Source: an uncultured bacterium
Lineage (GTDB): Bacteria; Patescibacteriota; Minisyncoccia; Moranbacterales; UBA2206
Assembly: GCA_903937035.1 (NCBI GenBank)
Contig: CAIZXS010000012.1
Coordinates: forward strand, 18,314-82,313
DNA length: 64,000 nucleotides
Direction of reading: 5' to 3'
The first letter of the stretch is position 1, and the number at the start of each line of letters is the position of its first letter. Shown here in pieces: positions 29,099 to 40,109 of this stretch. A program made the translations under genes and the position numbers. The notes under the pieces were generated by a model that searched no databases, was not told the origin of the DNA, and worked only from the letters and a program-made list of their open reading frames with translations.

Positions 29099-29287
29099 AA
29101 ACTAAAAAAGGTAATGGAAAACAATATCAAAACGAGGGGGTATGATTCATTTCATGCCCTTTGTTTTTTGGCTGAAAAAAGTTATCCACAGTTGCTTTCT
29201 TTCCCCCTTCTTGTTTCCCATAAGACATTTAATCGGATTTGTGGTATAATTTAGTTATAAAATACAAAAAAGATAAAAATAAAAAAT

Positions 29288-30250
29288 ATGTGGCTTGTCA
29301 ATGATTTAAATTTGAAAAAGCAGGCGCGTGATTTAGGGGTTAAGCTTTGGCAAACTCCTGGCTTTTTGTTTATCATACTCGGCGTTTTGTCAGTGGTCGT
29401 CATGACCGCTACGTTTTACATTTCCAAAAATTATGATAGTCCGGAGATGCTTGTTGTGGCAGAATGCATCGTTGTCATTGTCATTTTGAGTATCGGAAAT
29501 TTTGTGATAAGTCTTATTGAACAGATGATAAAATTGAATCGGATGAAGAGTGAATTTGTTTCAGTAGCCTCTCATCAACTCCGAACCCCCTTGTCAGCTA
29601 TTAGATGGGAAACAGAGCTGTTACTTTCGAAGTTTAGAAAGGAATCAGTCAGCACGAAGCAACGTCAAAGCATCGAAAATATTAATGCTCTGAGCGGAAA
29701 AATGACTAAATTGGTCAATGATCTTTTGGATGTGGCCAGAATCGATCAGGGAAGGTTGATTATAAAAAAAGTGCCCGTGGACATCGTGGAAATCATCGAG
29801 GAGGCTGTGTCTGGTGCAAATGCCATTATTAGGATTAGAAATATTGAAGTGGTTTTTCGAGATAAGAAAAAAATTCCTTTGGTTTTTGGTGATCCAGAAA
29901 AATTGAGAATGGTTGTTGAAAATCTATTAAATAATTCCATTAAATATACGACTAGTCATGGTAAGATTGAGATAAAATTGCTCAAGAAGGGCGATTTTGT
30001 ATTTTTTAGTGTTAAAGATAACGGTGTGGGCATTCCTCTCGAGCAACATGGTCGTGTTTTTGATAAGTTTTTTCGTAGCGATAACGTTGTTAAATATCAG
30101 ACAGAAGGGACGGGACTTGGGCTATATATCGCCAAAAATATCATTGAGCAATTAAATGGCAAGATTTGGTTTGATTCAGTGGAAAATTTGGGATCAATTT
30201 TTAGTTTCTCTGTTCCTGTGAGTAGGAAAGGTAAGAATTTAATTAAATAA
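29288..30250 (+). CDS. Sensor histidine kinase with two TMs
   Basis: ASHQLRTP H-box, N-box NSIKY, DNGVG, GTGLG. Confidence 0.95.
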   Translation: MWLVNDLNLKKQARDLGVKLWQTPGFLFIILGVLSVVVMTATFYISKNYDSPEMLVVAECIVVIVILSIGNFVISLIEQMIKLNRMKSEFVSVASHQLRTPLSAIRWETELLLSKFRKESVSTKQRQSIENINALSGKMTKLVNDLLDVARIDQGRLIIKKVPVDIVEIIEEAVSGANAIIRIRNIEVVFRDKKKIPLVFGDPEKLRMVVENLLNNSIKYTTSHGKIEIKLLKKGDFVFFSVKDNGVGIPLEQHGRVFDKFFRSDNVVKYQTEGTGLGLYIAKNIIEQLNGKIWFDSVENLGSIFSFSVPVSRKGKNLIK

Positions 30251-30317
30251 AAGAGCTCATGTATTTTCTGAAATAAATTTTTTTCAAAGATTTATGATGG
30301 TGAATATGCAAGCTTAA

Positions 30318-30704
30318 ATGAATAAATATATGACAAAAATATTAATTGCAGAGGATGAGCCAACATTACATAGAGCCTTGGCGGAGTTTTTGACTGAAGA
30401 AGGTTTTGAGACTATAAGTGCATTTGATGGTGAGGAGGCTGTTACTTTGGCTAAATCGAAAAAACCAGATCTAATTCTTTTGGACATTATTCTTCCCAAA
30501 AAGGATGGATATGAGGTTTTAGATGAACTCAAAAGTGATGAAAAAATACAAAAAGTGCCGATTGTGTTACTGACCAATCTTGAAAGCGCTGAGAATATTC
30601 AAAAAGCCTTCGATAAAGGCGCAACTACATATTTAGTTAAATCAAATTACAAACTGGAGGATGTTGTTAAAAAAATAAAAGAAGTTTTGGAAAATAATAA
30701 ATAG
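30318..30704 (+). CDS. Single-domain response regulator
   Basis: AEDE, LLDIILP, LLTN, YLVK. Confidence 0.95.
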   Translation: MNKYMTKILIAEDEPTLHRALAEFLTEEGFETISAFDGEEAVTLAKSKKPDLILLDIILPKKDGYEVLDELKSDEKIQKVPIVLLTNLESAENIQKAFDKGATTYLVKSNYKLEDVVKKIKEVLENNK

Positions 30705-30711
30705 AAATTGC

Positions 30712-32457
30712 ATGCGGATAGGAAATGAACAACTAAAAAACTTCATTAAAGATTCGGAAATGATTTCCGATGAGAATCTTAAGCTTGCCTTCGAAGAGGC
30801 TGAGGAAAATAAAAAGGCACTAGGGGACGTGCTACTTGCAAAGAAATTTATTGATGAAGAAAAATTGCGCAAATTATATGCCTATATCTTAGGCATTCCT
30901 TTTGTAGACTTGCAGAAGGAAACAATCGCCACGGAAATTCTCCAGATGATTCCTGAGCCGATTGCCAAGAAATATAAGATTGTGGCGTTCGAGAAAAATG
31001 GTGCAGAACTTAAGATTGCAATGCTTAATCCGGAAGATATTCAAACCGTTGATTTCATTAGAAAAAAAACCGGACTGCGAATCGTCACTTGCATTACTTC
31101 GCAAGAGAGTATTGAAGCAATTTTAAAACAGTATGGAAAGAGTTTGCGCGCAGAATTTGGCGATATGATTGATAAAAATTCTGCTGAAGTGCCAAATGGT
31201 GAGACGACAGATGATCTCGAAGAGATCGCGCAGGGATTGCCGATTATTCGTATCGTTGATACCTTGGTAAAACATGCCATCCTTCAGGGCGCATCAGATA
31301 TCCATATTGAGCCCGATGAGAAGGAGGTGCGAGTGAGGTATCGGATTGATGGAATGCTTCATGAAGCGATGACCCTGCCTAAGCAAGTGCGCGATGGGAT
31401 TATTGCTAGAATTAAAGTGCTATCTAATTTGAAGTTGGATGAGCATCGCATTCCTCAGGACGGTCGATTTAAGATTGAAAGGGATGAGGTGAAGATGTCT
31501 TTTCGCGTTAGTGTGCTACCAATTTTTGACGGAGAAAAAATTGTAATGCGACTTCTTGATGAATCCTCAAAAGGATTAACACTGGAAATGATGGGTCTTA
31601 CTGGCAAGGCACTTGAAGCGATTCATACGGAAATAAAAAAACCAAATGGAATGATTTTGGTAACCGGACCAACAGGTAGCGGAAAAACGACGACACTCTA
31701 TACCATCATGGATATTCTCAATACGGTTGACGTTAACATTAGTACAGTGGAAGACCCAGTGGAGTATCGAATGCCTCGAGTGAACCAAACGCAAATTCAT
31801 CCCAAAGTGGGGCTGACTTTTGCGGCCGGCCTGAGAGCTCTTCTTCGTCAAGATCCAGACATTATAATGGTGGGGGAGATTCGTGATAACGAAACAATGG
31901 AAATGGCTATTCATGCTGCTATGACAGGGCATTTAGTACTTTCAACTTTACACACGAATAGTGCTGCTGGGACACTCCCACGCTTACTCGACATGGGAGC
32001 GGAACCCTTCTTAGTTGCTTCCACTGCAAATGTGATTATTGCCCAGCGTTTGGTGCGAAAAGTTTGCCATGATTGTTGCGTGGAATACAAGTTAAATGAT
32101 AAGGAGATGGATGTTTTGTCGAATAATTATGAAATGGAAAAAATACTGGAGGTCATAAAGAGAAGTGATATTTTGGGCGGTACCTTGAAAGCAAAAGATA
32201 AATGGAAGGATGTAAAACTATTCAAAGCCAAGGGATGCGAACAGTGTATGGGAGGCTATAGAGGGCGTAATGGAATCTATGAGGTCTTGGAGATAGATGA
32301 GGAAATTCGAAAGATGATTTCGCAGCGGGCATCCTCTCACGATATTGAAACTAAGGCGCGAGAAAAGGGAATGTTAACGATGATTGAAGATGGTTTTGCG
32401 AAATGCATTCAAGGATTGACAACCGTAGAGGAAATATTAAGAGTAACAAAAGAATAG
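30712..32457 (+). CDS. pilB: Type IV pilus assembly ATPase (PilB/GspE)
   Basis: GPTGSGKT, TVEDPVE, LRQDPD, GHLVLSTLH. Confidence 0.95.
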   Translation: MRIGNEQLKNFIKDSEMISDENLKLAFEEAEENKKALGDVLLAKKFIDEEKLRKLYAYILGIPFVDLQKETIATEILQMIPEPIAKKYKIVAFEKNGAELKIAMLNPEDIQTVDFIRKKTGLRIVTCITSQESIEAILKQYGKSLRAEFGDMIDKNSAEVPNGETTDDLEEIAQGLPIIRIVDTLVKHAILQGASDIHIEPDEKEVRVRYRIDGMLHEAMTLPKQVRDGIIARIKVLSNLKLDEHRIPQDGRFKIERDEVKMSFRVSVLPIFDGEKIVMRLLDESSKGLTLEMMGLTGKALEAIHTEIKKPNGMILVTGPTGSGKTTTLYTIMDILNTVDVNISTVEDPVEYRMPRVNQTQIHPKVGLTFAAGLRALLRQDPDIIMVGEIRDNETMEMAIHAAMTGHLVLSTLHTNSAAGTLPRLLDMGAEPFLVASTANVIIAQRLVRKVCHDCCVEYKLNDKEMDVLSNNYEMEKILEVIKRSDILGGTLKAKDKWKDVKLFKAKGCEQCMGGYRGRNGIYEVLEIDEEIRKMISQRASSHDIETKAREKGMLTMIEDGFAKCIQGLTTVEEILRVTKE

Positions 32458-32461
32458 TCTT

Positions 32462-33682
32462 ATGAAAGTTTTCTATAGCGCTAAAAATTATTCCGGCGAG
32501 ACCAAGGCGGAAGAAATAGACGTGAAAAATGAAAGAGATTTGGCCAATCAGCTTCGGGCTGATGGTTATATTTTGACGTCTTTCAAGGAGCTCAAAGAAG
32601 AAAAGAAAAATGATGTTAGTGTAAAGTTTATGGATCGTTTTTTTAGTATTTCGCTGAAAGATAAATTGATGTTCACTCGTAATTTGAGCGTGATGATATC
32701 CTCCGGACTACCAATTTCCAAATCGGTTAGTAATATTTCCGTGCAGACGAAAAATAAGAAGTTTCAGCAAATTTTAGTTAGTATTTTTGATGACATTCAA
32801 TCAGGCACGACTTTTGCTGACGGGTTAGCTCATTATCCTGGTGTTTTTGGTGATCTATTTGTGAACATGGTCAGAGTCGGGGAATCAAGTGGAAATTTGG
32901 AGGAAATCTTAGAAATTCTTTCTATTCAGCTTGAAAAAGAGCATGACCTAACAAGCAAGATCAAAGGTGCGATGACTTATCCCGCGGTGATTATTGTGGC
33001 CATGATTGGTATCGCGGTTTTAATGTTAACCTATATTTTACCGAAAATGATGGGGGTTTTTGCTGATATGAAAGTTGATTTGCCAGCATCGACGCAGTTT
33101 ATTATTAGTTTGAGCAATGCTCTGAGAGATCATTATATCATAGTGGCCATTGGGTTCGCCTCGTTCATTTTAGCGATTAGATATCTATTGACGATGGAAA
33201 GTGGGAAAAGAATATTGGGTTTTATCTTGATCAATATTCCTGTAATCAAAAATATGGTAATAAAAGTAAACTGCGCCAGATTTGCGAGAATTTATAGCTC
33301 ACTTCTTCGTAGCGGAGTTCCGGTTGTGCAGGCATTGACAATCATCTCTAACACGCTGACAAATTATTATTACAAAAAAGCCGCTATGGATGGCATCGAA
33401 GATGTGCAAAAAGGAGTTAGTCTTAGCAAAGTGATTGAAAAAAATCCGAAAGTATTTCCCGTTCTCATGGCTCAAATGGCGCAGGTTGGCGAGGAGACTG
33501 GAAAAACAGAGACAGTCCTTTTGAAGTTGGCCGAGTTCTATGAAGATGAAGTAGATCAGATTTCTAAGAATATGTCTTCCATTATTGAGCCGGTGCTTAT
33601 GATTTTTATTGGCGGAGCGGTGGGATTTTTTGCCATTTCGATGCTTCAGCCGATGTATAGTCTTATGGATAACATAAAATAA
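32462..33682 (+). CDS. pilC: Type IV pilus platform protein (PilC/GspF)
   Basis: GESSGNLE and GEETGK repeats, AMTYP, IIEP. Confidence 0.95.
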   Translation: MKVFYSAKNYSGETKAEEIDVKNERDLANQLRADGYILTSFKELKEEKKNDVSVKFMDRFFSISLKDKLMFTRNLSVMISSGLPISKSVSNISVQTKNKKFQQILVSIFDDIQSGTTFADGLAHYPGVFGDLFVNMVRVGESSGNLEEILEILSIQLEKEHDLTSKIKGAMTYPAVIIVAMIGIAVLMLTYILPKMMGVFADMKVDLPASTQFIISLSNALRDHYIIVAIGFASFILAIRYLLTMESGKRILGFILINIPVIKNMVIKVNCARFARIYSSLLRSGVPVVQALTIISNTLTNYYYKKAAMDGIEDVQKGVSLSKVIEKNPKVFPVLMAQMAQVGEETGKTETVLLKLAEFYEDEVDQISKNMSSIIEPVLMIFIGGAVGFFAISMLQPMYSLMDNIK

Positions 33683-33731
33683 GGGTGATTTTTTTGATAG
33701 ATTTGGAGTGGGAATAGCTATGTCGTGAAGT

Positions 33732-35126
33732 ATGAAAAAACAAATACAAAAATATTGCCTTAATGGGCAGACAAAAAAAGGATTCTTGCTAATTGAGGGC
33801 TTGACGGTGCTTTTTATTTTTGCCTTGGTTACCGTAACATTCTATTCCGTTTTTAGTATTGGAATCCGCTATATTCAAGATGCAAAGAATCGGCTTGGTG
33901 CTCTTGCGATTGCCAATGAGAAGATTGAAATTATTCGCAATCTTCAATATGACAGTATCGGTACGGATGAGGGAGCCATAGAGGGTGACATTCCACAAGA
34001 TCAAGATGTCCTGGAAAATACGCGTCAGTATCATATTCATACCGATGTGTCATATATTGATGATCCTTACGATGGGTTGGCCTATTCTGACACTGCTTGG
34101 TTCGAGGACTATAAGAGGGTGACTATCACCGTTTCTTGGATTAATGGAGGAGGAATGGAAGAAGTTGAGCTGATATCTCGGTTTGTTCCACCAGGGAAAG
34201 AGGTGCCTCATATCGGAGATGGAATCCTTTCGATAAATATTTTTAGTGATCAGCCTGGTGGCGTTGGCATCCCTAGCTCCAGGGTGGATATTTATAACCC
34301 AGATACTGGAATCGATACGTTTGGTACGACGGATAGTACGGGAAATGTGACTTTTATGGGCAGTCGCGTGTCTGACTCAATCCAAAAATATCAACTTACT
34401 GTAACGAAAAATGGCTATGAAACCGTTCACACGATGTCGCCCTATCCTACGACAGCCTATGAGCCGATTGATGTGCATGCTTCAGTGGTGACCGGATCAA
34501 TGAATGTGAAAAATCTTGTGCAAAATGAATTGGCAAGTATTAAGATTTCTTCCGTCAATCATTTAGATGAGCCTATTGCTGGTGTGTCTTTTGACCTTGT
34601 TGGCGGAAGAAGATTGGGCACAGATATAACAACTTTGCCCGTTACCCCGATTTACAATTTTAATGAAAATGGCACAACTGATTCCGCGGGAGAAAAATTA
34701 TACAGCTCGATTAGTCCTGGGGAGTATACTTTTGCTTTAACTGGTTCAGCGCTCAGTGATTATGAGATAATTAGCATGAATCCACCAACTCCATTTTCTT
34801 TACTATCGTCTGATGGAACGTTGAATGTTAGTTTGAAACTAGCGGATAAAGACGTTACTTCATTTCTTATCACCGTTCTGGATGTGAGTAATGATGCTCC
34901 TATCGCCGGAGCCAAGGTGAAATTAACGAACTCTAGTTTGAATTATGAAAAGGAATTAGATGCTGCGGGTGATGGAAGAGTTTTTTTCCCAGATTCTTCC
35001 GACCCTCTTTTGCCGGAAACATATCATGTCAAAATTACGGCAAGCGAATTTTCTGATAGTGAATTTGATATTACAATCAATGCCAATGAATTGAAATTGG
35101 AAACTAAAAAATTAACCGCTTCATAA
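33732..35126 (+). CDS. Large minor pilin with C-terminal beta-sandwich domains
   Basis: KG/FLLIE prepilin cleavage motif followed by a hydrophobic helix. Confidence 0.8.
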   Translation: MKKQIQKYCLNGQTKKGFLLIEGLTVLFIFALVTVTFYSVFSIGIRYIQDAKNRLGALAIANEKIEIIRNLQYDSIGTDEGAIEGDIPQDQDVLENTRQYHIHTDVSYIDDPYDGLAYSDTAWFEDYKRVTITVSWINGGGMEEVELISRFVPPGKEVPHIGDGILSINIFSDQPGGVGIPSSRVDIYNPDTGIDTFGTTDSTGNVTFMGSRVSDSIQKYQLTVTKNGYETVHTMSPYPTTAYEPIDVHASVVTGSMNVKNLVQNELASIKISSVNHLDEPIAGVSFDLVGGRRLGTDITTLPVTPIYNFNENGTTDSAGEKLYSSISPGEYTFALTGSALSDYEIISMNPPTPFSLLSSDGTLNVSLKLADKDVTSFLITVLDVSNDAPIAGAKVKLTNSSLNYEKELDAAGDGRVFFPDSSDPLLPETYHVKITASEFSDSEFDITINANELKLETKKLTAS

Positions 35127-35822
35127 ATGAACTCTGAAAATACATTATTAAAAAAGCAAGAAAGCCTATCTTTTTCTGAGAATATCGCTCCACGCGTATC
35201 TGTTGGACGCCGAGGCTTAACTTTAATTGAAACGCTTATGGCGATTGCTATTTTTGCTGTTGGAATTGAAGGTTTTAGTTTGCTTTTTATGCGTGCCTGG
35301 AAGAATAACTCCTACACATTAGAAATGGGACAATCTTCCATGGCTGTTTCACGGGGAGTAAATACTCTCGTGGGCTATTTAAGGAGTGCTAGGCAATCAG
35401 ATAATGGATCATATCCAATTATATCGGCAAATGATAATGATTTAGTTATTTATTCTGACTACAATCGCGATGGAATAACGGAACGACTGCATATTTATAA
35501 GAGTAATCAAAATATTTTAATGGGCGTGACAAATCCAACGACATCCATGCCCAAGACCTATCCTACGGCTGATCAAGAAGTAAAAACTATTGCTGTCCGA
35601 ATTGTTAATACAAATTCCGAGCCGATTTTTTATTACTACGATAAAGATTATGCCGGGGGAACAACTCAGCTTCCGCTTGAAACACCGGCTGCTGTTGCTG
35701 ATATACGTCTTTTAAAAATTCATCTCAAAATAAATATTGATCCAAATCGTGCTCCCGATAATATCGAAATGCAAACATACGTGGAACTGCGGAATTTAAA
35801 TGATTATGACAGAATCCACTAA
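35127..35822 (+). CDS. Minor pilin (PilW-like)
   Basis: RG/LTLIE prepilin motif. Confidence 0.85.
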   Translation: MNSENTLLKKQESLSFSENIAPRVSVGRRGLTLIETLMAIAIFAVGIEGFSLLFMRAWKNNSYTLEMGQSSMAVSRGVNTLVGYLRSARQSDNGSYPIISANDNDLVIYSDYNRDGITERLHIYKSNQNILMGVTNPTTSMPKTYPTADQEVKTIAVRIVNTNSEPIFYYYDKDYAGGTTQLPLETPAAVADIRLLKIHLKINIDPNRAPDNIEMQTYVELRNLNDYDRIH

Positions 35823-35844
35823 TTGAATAATAAAGCTATATTAA

Positions 35845-37389
35845 ATGAAGCAATATAAACTTATTACGATTAATAAAAAAAATAGTGGCTCTGTTTTGGC
35901 ATATGCGCTGGTTATTATGTCAATTGTCACGATGATCTTGGTTTCCATGTTGGGTTATATTTCATCTCAGCTTAAATTTAGTTTCAATCGTGTTGAGAAA
36001 GAAAGATCTTTTCAGATTGCAGAAGCGGGAATTTACTATTATCGATGGTATCTTGCGCATGAGACTTCCGGAAAGACTGCCCTGGAGATTAACACTTTTT
36101 TGCAAACTGGAGGACCAATGGGTTTTGCTCCTTCTCCAGTGGAGTATGAAGACAGTGGACAATATCAGATCGTAGTTACTCCACCAGTCGCTGGATCGAC
36201 AATAATTAATGTTGAGTCGACTGGTTGGTCTGACAAGGTGCCTGATATGAAAAGAACAGTAAGGGTGAGATTCCGGCGTCCATCATGGAGTGAGTATATT
36301 TTTTTGTCTAATAGTTTCATGAACTTTGGAGATCAGGCAGTAGTATATGGGAAAGTTCACTCGAATAATGGAATCCGTTTTGATGGTGTAGCGTATAATA
36401 CTGTCAGCTCTTTACTTCCTCGATTTGACGATCCGACCTATGGAGGCAATAGAATGGAATTTGGCGTGCATACCACAACGAATCCTGCTGATCCTAGTGC
36501 TCCTACTTACCCTTGGGCTAGCGGAACTGTTCCTGATCGGTCAGATGTTTTCAAGGGCGGACGGGCATTTCCTGTTTCTGAAGTTAGTTTCACAGGCGTT
36601 ACAACTGATTTAGCGAATATGCGGACAAAAGCCCAGGCAGGGCAGGGTAGGTATTTTGATAATGCCGGCGGAGGTAGAAGATTAAATCTTAAAACTGATG
36701 GAACCTATGACATTTGTACTATCAATTCATACAATAACAATACAAAGGCGATTAGCGACTATCTAGGAGTAATTACGGGAGCTACAGGGACTTATAGCGG
36801 AACCAATGGAAATAGTTGCACAGTTTCATCGTGCTGCTTAGGGAGTTCATGTCCATATATTCAAGCAAGTAGAACTAGCAGGGGAAGATGTGTTAGTCTT
36901 TCTAATTATAGTATTATCAATGACGGGGTAATTTTTGTGGAAAATACCGTTTGGATTGAAGGGGCTATTAACAATAATCGGGTGACGGTTGTCGCTGCAA
37001 ATCTTTCTGGCTCGGGTAGTCAGCGCGATATTTATATAGGGATTAGCAATAATAATTTGCGTTATGCAGCCTATAATTGTGCTAATATGCTTGGACTTGT
37101 AGCGCAAAGAGATGTTCTCGTACTTAATGATTGCCCATCTAACTTTATTGTTGATGCGGCGCTTTTGGCGCAAGGAGGTATGGTGGGAATTAACGACAAT
37201 GGTTTTAGCGGAAAAGATTCCCTGACCTTTAATGGTGCAATCGCATCCTATTTGCAGCCATATTTTCAACATGGAAATAGTGGTTTTGCAGATCGTGTCT
37301 ATAATTTTGATAATAATTTGCTTTATTGCCCACCACCATATTTCCCAACCGGCACGGAATACGCGATTGATCTTTGGGAGGAGTTATGA
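35845..37389 (+). CDS. PilX-like minor pilin or tip protein
   Basis: G/SVLAYALV N-terminus without E5, IAEAGI motif, Cys-rich insert. Confidence 0.75.
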   Translation: MKQYKLITINKKNSGSVLAYALVIMSIVTMILVSMLGYISSQLKFSFNRVEKERSFQIAEAGIYYYRWYLAHETSGKTALEINTFLQTGGPMGFAPSPVEYEDSGQYQIVVTPPVAGSTIINVESTGWSDKVPDMKRTVRVRFRRPSWSEYIFLSNSFMNFGDQAVVYGKVHSNNGIRFDGVAYNTVSSLLPRFDDPTYGGNRMEFGVHTTTNPADPSAPTYPWASGTVPDRSDVFKGGRAFPVSEVSFTGVTTDLANMRTKAQAGQGRYFDNAGGGRRLNLKTDGTYDICTINSYNNNTKAISDYLGVITGATGTYSGTNGNSCTVSSCCLGSSCPYIQASRTSRGRCVSLSNYSIINDGVIFVENTVWIEGAINNNRVTVVAANLSGSGSQRDIYIGISNNNLRYAAYNCANMLGLVAQRDVLVLNDCPSNFIVDAALLAQGGMVGINDNGFSGKDSLTFNGAIASYLQPYFQHGNSGFADRVYNFDNNLLYCPPPYFPTGTEYAIDLWEEL

Positions 37390-37417
37390 GATAGAAAAAG
37401 TATGCTATAATTAAATT

Positions 37418-38485
37418 ATGAATTTTCTGAAAAAAAATATATTTACTTTCGAGGATGCATATTTTGGCATTGATTTGGGCGATCTTTTTGTCAAAGTTTT
37501 GCAGTTGGAGAAAAGGGGTTCCGATGATTTTGTGCGTTCTTTTTCTATCGCTCCGATTCCTGGTGGTTGCATCGAAGATGGCCGGATAATTGATAAGAAA
37601 AAAGTTTCTCAAGTAATAAAGACGGCAATCGCGACAGCTCGACCAAAAAAAATAAATTCAAAAAAAGTCATCTGTTCCTTGCCTGAATCAAAAGTTTTTT
37701 TGCGAGTGCTTTCTATTCCTAAAATGGATAAATCAGAAATTGGCGAAGCCATAAAATGGGAAATAGAAGCGAGCATTCCGCTTTCAGTTGATCAGGTCTA
37801 TTATGACTGGCAATTGATTAGTGAAATAGCGGACAAACAAAGCATCTTGACCGTCGCTGTTTCAAGGGAGATTGTTGATGATATTCTGGAAGTTCTCGAG
37901 GGGGCCGATTTGGAGGTGTATGGCCTTGAAGCTGAGTCAATGGCTACAGCACGGAGTCTTATTAATGACTCTGGCGAAGATAAAGGAGTCTCTTTGGTTG
38001 TCGATTTGGGATCAAAGCGGACTAATTTTGTTATTGCGGAAGGTAATTTACCTTTCTTTACCTCCAGTATCCCGTTTTCCTCTAACGGTGTGACGGATGC
38101 TATTGCAAAGACATTAGGGGTAAATAGTGAAGAAGCAGAGAAAATAAAGATTTCCCAGGGCGTTGGTTGTTGTCATGACGATGATTCAGTTTTTAATTCA
38201 ATTCGTTCTTATCTTGAAGGGCTTTCTGTGGAAATAGAGAAAACAATCGATTTTTATCAAAATATAAGTAATGAATCAGGCAAGGTCGATAAAATTATTA
38301 TTTGCGGAGGAGCTAACTTGAAGGGGCTTGTTCCATATCTTGCGAAAAGACTAAAAAACAAGATTTTTATTGGCGACCCTTGGGTGAATTTGGATTTTGG
38401 TGGAAGCTTGCCCGTAATTAGCAAGGAAAAATCTATCCAATTTACAAACGCCATTGGTCTTGCAATGAAAAATAAAATAGTATGA
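37418..38485 (+). CDS. pilM: Type IV pilus assembly protein PilM
   Basis: FGIDLG, VVDLGS, ICGGA, AIGLA actin-like fold motifs. Confidence 0.92.
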   Translation: MNFLKKNIFTFEDAYFGIDLGDLFVKVLQLEKRGSDDFVRSFSIAPIPGGCIEDGRIIDKKKVSQVIKTAIATARPKKINSKKVICSLPESKVFLRVLSIPKMDKSEIGEAIKWEIEASIPLSVDQVYYDWQLISEIADKQSILTVAVSREIVDDILEVLEGADLEVYGLEAESMATARSLINDSGEDKGVSLVVDLGSKRTNFVIAEGNLPFFTSSIPFSSNGVTDAIAKTLGVNSEEAEKIKISQGVGCCHDDDSVFNSIRSYLEGLSVEIEKTIDFYQNISNESGKVDKIIICGGANLKGLVPYLAKRLKNKIFIGDPWVNLDFGGSLPVISKEKSIQFTNAIGLAMKNKIV

Positions 38486-39039
38486 AAATAGGAATTAACT
38501 TACTTCCACCCAATAAAAAAGAGGACATTTGCAACGCAGAGCGATTTCGTTCTGTGTTGGGCTGGGAGGCGGTCATTTTTTTCCTAGCCATTCTGTTTTT
38601 CGGATTCATTTTTGGCGTTAATTATCTGCTTGATTTCAATCTTCGAGTAATAGCTGACAATAAGGTCAGTGACTCACGTGGATCAAAGCAATACGAAACA
38701 ATAAAAAACTACGAGAATAAATTTTCCGAAATTAATTCAAGGATAACTAAGATTTCCAATATCACTAGCGGCCAGATTTATTGGTCAACGTTATTTTCAA
38801 AATTAGGCAAGATAATTCCAGATAACGTTGAGATTAGCGGAATATCCACGAAAAATTTTTCAATTTTCTTTGCAGGAAAAGCTAAAAATCGGGAGGATTT
38901 ATTATTGTTTAAAAATAATTTAATTCAAGAGTCGTGTTTTGAAAATGTTAATTTGCCTCTTTCTAATTTGGTTTCAAAAGAAGATATTGTTTTTCAAATA
39001 GATTTGGAAATAAAAGAAGAATGTATTAAAAATAAATGA
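38482..39039 (+). CDS. pilN: PilN-like protein
   Basis: INLLP motif plus TM, directly after pilM. Confidence 0.85.
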   Translation: MKIGINLLPPNKKEDICNAERFRSVLGWEAVIFFLAILFFGFIFGVNYLLDFNLRVIADNKVSDSRGSKQYETIKNYENKFSEINSRITKISNITSGQIYWSTLFSKLGKIIPDNVEISGISTKNFSIFFAGKAKNREDLLLFKNNLIQESCFENVNLPLSNLVSKEDIVFQIDLEIKEECIKNK

Positions 39040-39746
39040 AAAATTTTTGGAAAAAACATAGAATAGTTCTTGTTATCAGCGCTTTTTTGCTGATTATCTT
39101 GCCTCTTTTTTGCTGGGCAGCTTCATTCATGGTAGCAAGGGTGAGAGCTAAGGCGGATCTGATTCAGGAGAAAGTGATTGATAACAATTTAGAAAAAACT
39201 AAGATTGAAAAAATACCCAAGATGGAGGAGGTAAGTGCTGAGTTTGAAAAAAATAAGGATGCTACAGGGATAATTCTCAATGCTAACAACAAAGTTGATT
39301 TTATTGAATACATTGAGTCCCTAGCAGCTGAGACAAAAAACGATGTAGAAATAAAGGTTTTGAATGATGATCAGAATAATGCGGTAGTTAAGGAAGCAAA
39401 AGCAAAAACTGTCAAAAAAGATAATGCTGGAGAAATCAAAAAAAGTATTGAGGAACGGCTGCTATATAAGCAGTATATTTCCATGCAAGTTGATTTAGTT
39501 GGGGATTATGCGGGGTTTTTGAATTTTGTGCATAAATTAGAAAATAATAAATATTATGTAAATATAGTTTCTTTTAATTTACAAAAGGAGCTTATTAATA
39601 AGGCCGACTCGTCAAAAAAACAAAATTCTTCATCTAATGGCATATTTCTCTCGCCCCCTGGTCAGGGTGACGCTGGCGCTGAAGCTGAAAATGATGGCGA
39701 GTTGATGCTTAAGAGTTCTTTGAGTATAATTGTCTATATCGAATAA
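39036..39746 (+). CDS. pilO: PilO-like protein
   Basis: TM plus coiled coil, GDYAGFLNFVHKLEN motif, operon position. Confidence 0.7.
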   Translation: MKNFWKKHRIVLVISAFLLIILPLFCWAASFMVARVRAKADLIQEKVIDNNLEKTKIEKIPKMEEVSAEFEKNKDATGIILNANNKVDFIEYIESLAAETKNDVEIKVLNDDQNNAVVKEAKAKTVKKDNAGEIKKSIEERLLYKQYISMQVDLVGDYAGFLNFVHKLENNKYYVNIVSFNLQKELINKADSSKKQNSSSNGIFLSPPGQGDAGAEAENDGELMLKSSLSIIVYIE

Positions 39747-40070
39747 ATGTTAAATTTAAAAAACATAAAAAAAGATATTGCCTCCGGAACCTTATGGGGG
39801 CAGGTGGGTAAGTTTTTTAGCGGCAATGTTAAATCGTTTGTTTTCATTTTATTTTTTATATTGTCTGGTTATTGCATATATGTCTGGTATTCATGTGTCT
39901 ATGATTATAGATGGAGCGAAGATAAGAAATCGGAATACTTAAAAACAAAGGACAAGGAGGTCACGTTTAATCGAAAAAAGTTCCAGGAGATTGTGGAAAA
40001 AGAGCAAAAAAGAGAAGAGGAGTATGACAAAAAAATAACAGTAGAGAGGGATATTTTTGGAATAAAATAG
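39747..40070 (+). CDS. Small membrane protein ending the pil operon
   Basis: Single TM, start directly adjacent to the pilO stop. Confidence 0.7.
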   Translation: MLNLKNIKKDIASGTLWGQVGKFFSGNVKSFVFILFFILSGYCIYVWYSCVYDYRWSEDKKSEYLKTKDKEVTFNRKKFQEIVEKEQKREEEYDKKITVERDIFGIK

Positions 40071-40078
40071 TTTTTCAA

Positions 40079-40109
40079 TAAAAAAATGACCGTGAGTGGT
40101 CATTTTTTT
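40079..40109. terminator. Bidirectional intrinsic terminator
   Basis: aaaaaaatgacc-gtgagt-ggtcattttttt. Confidence 0.8.
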
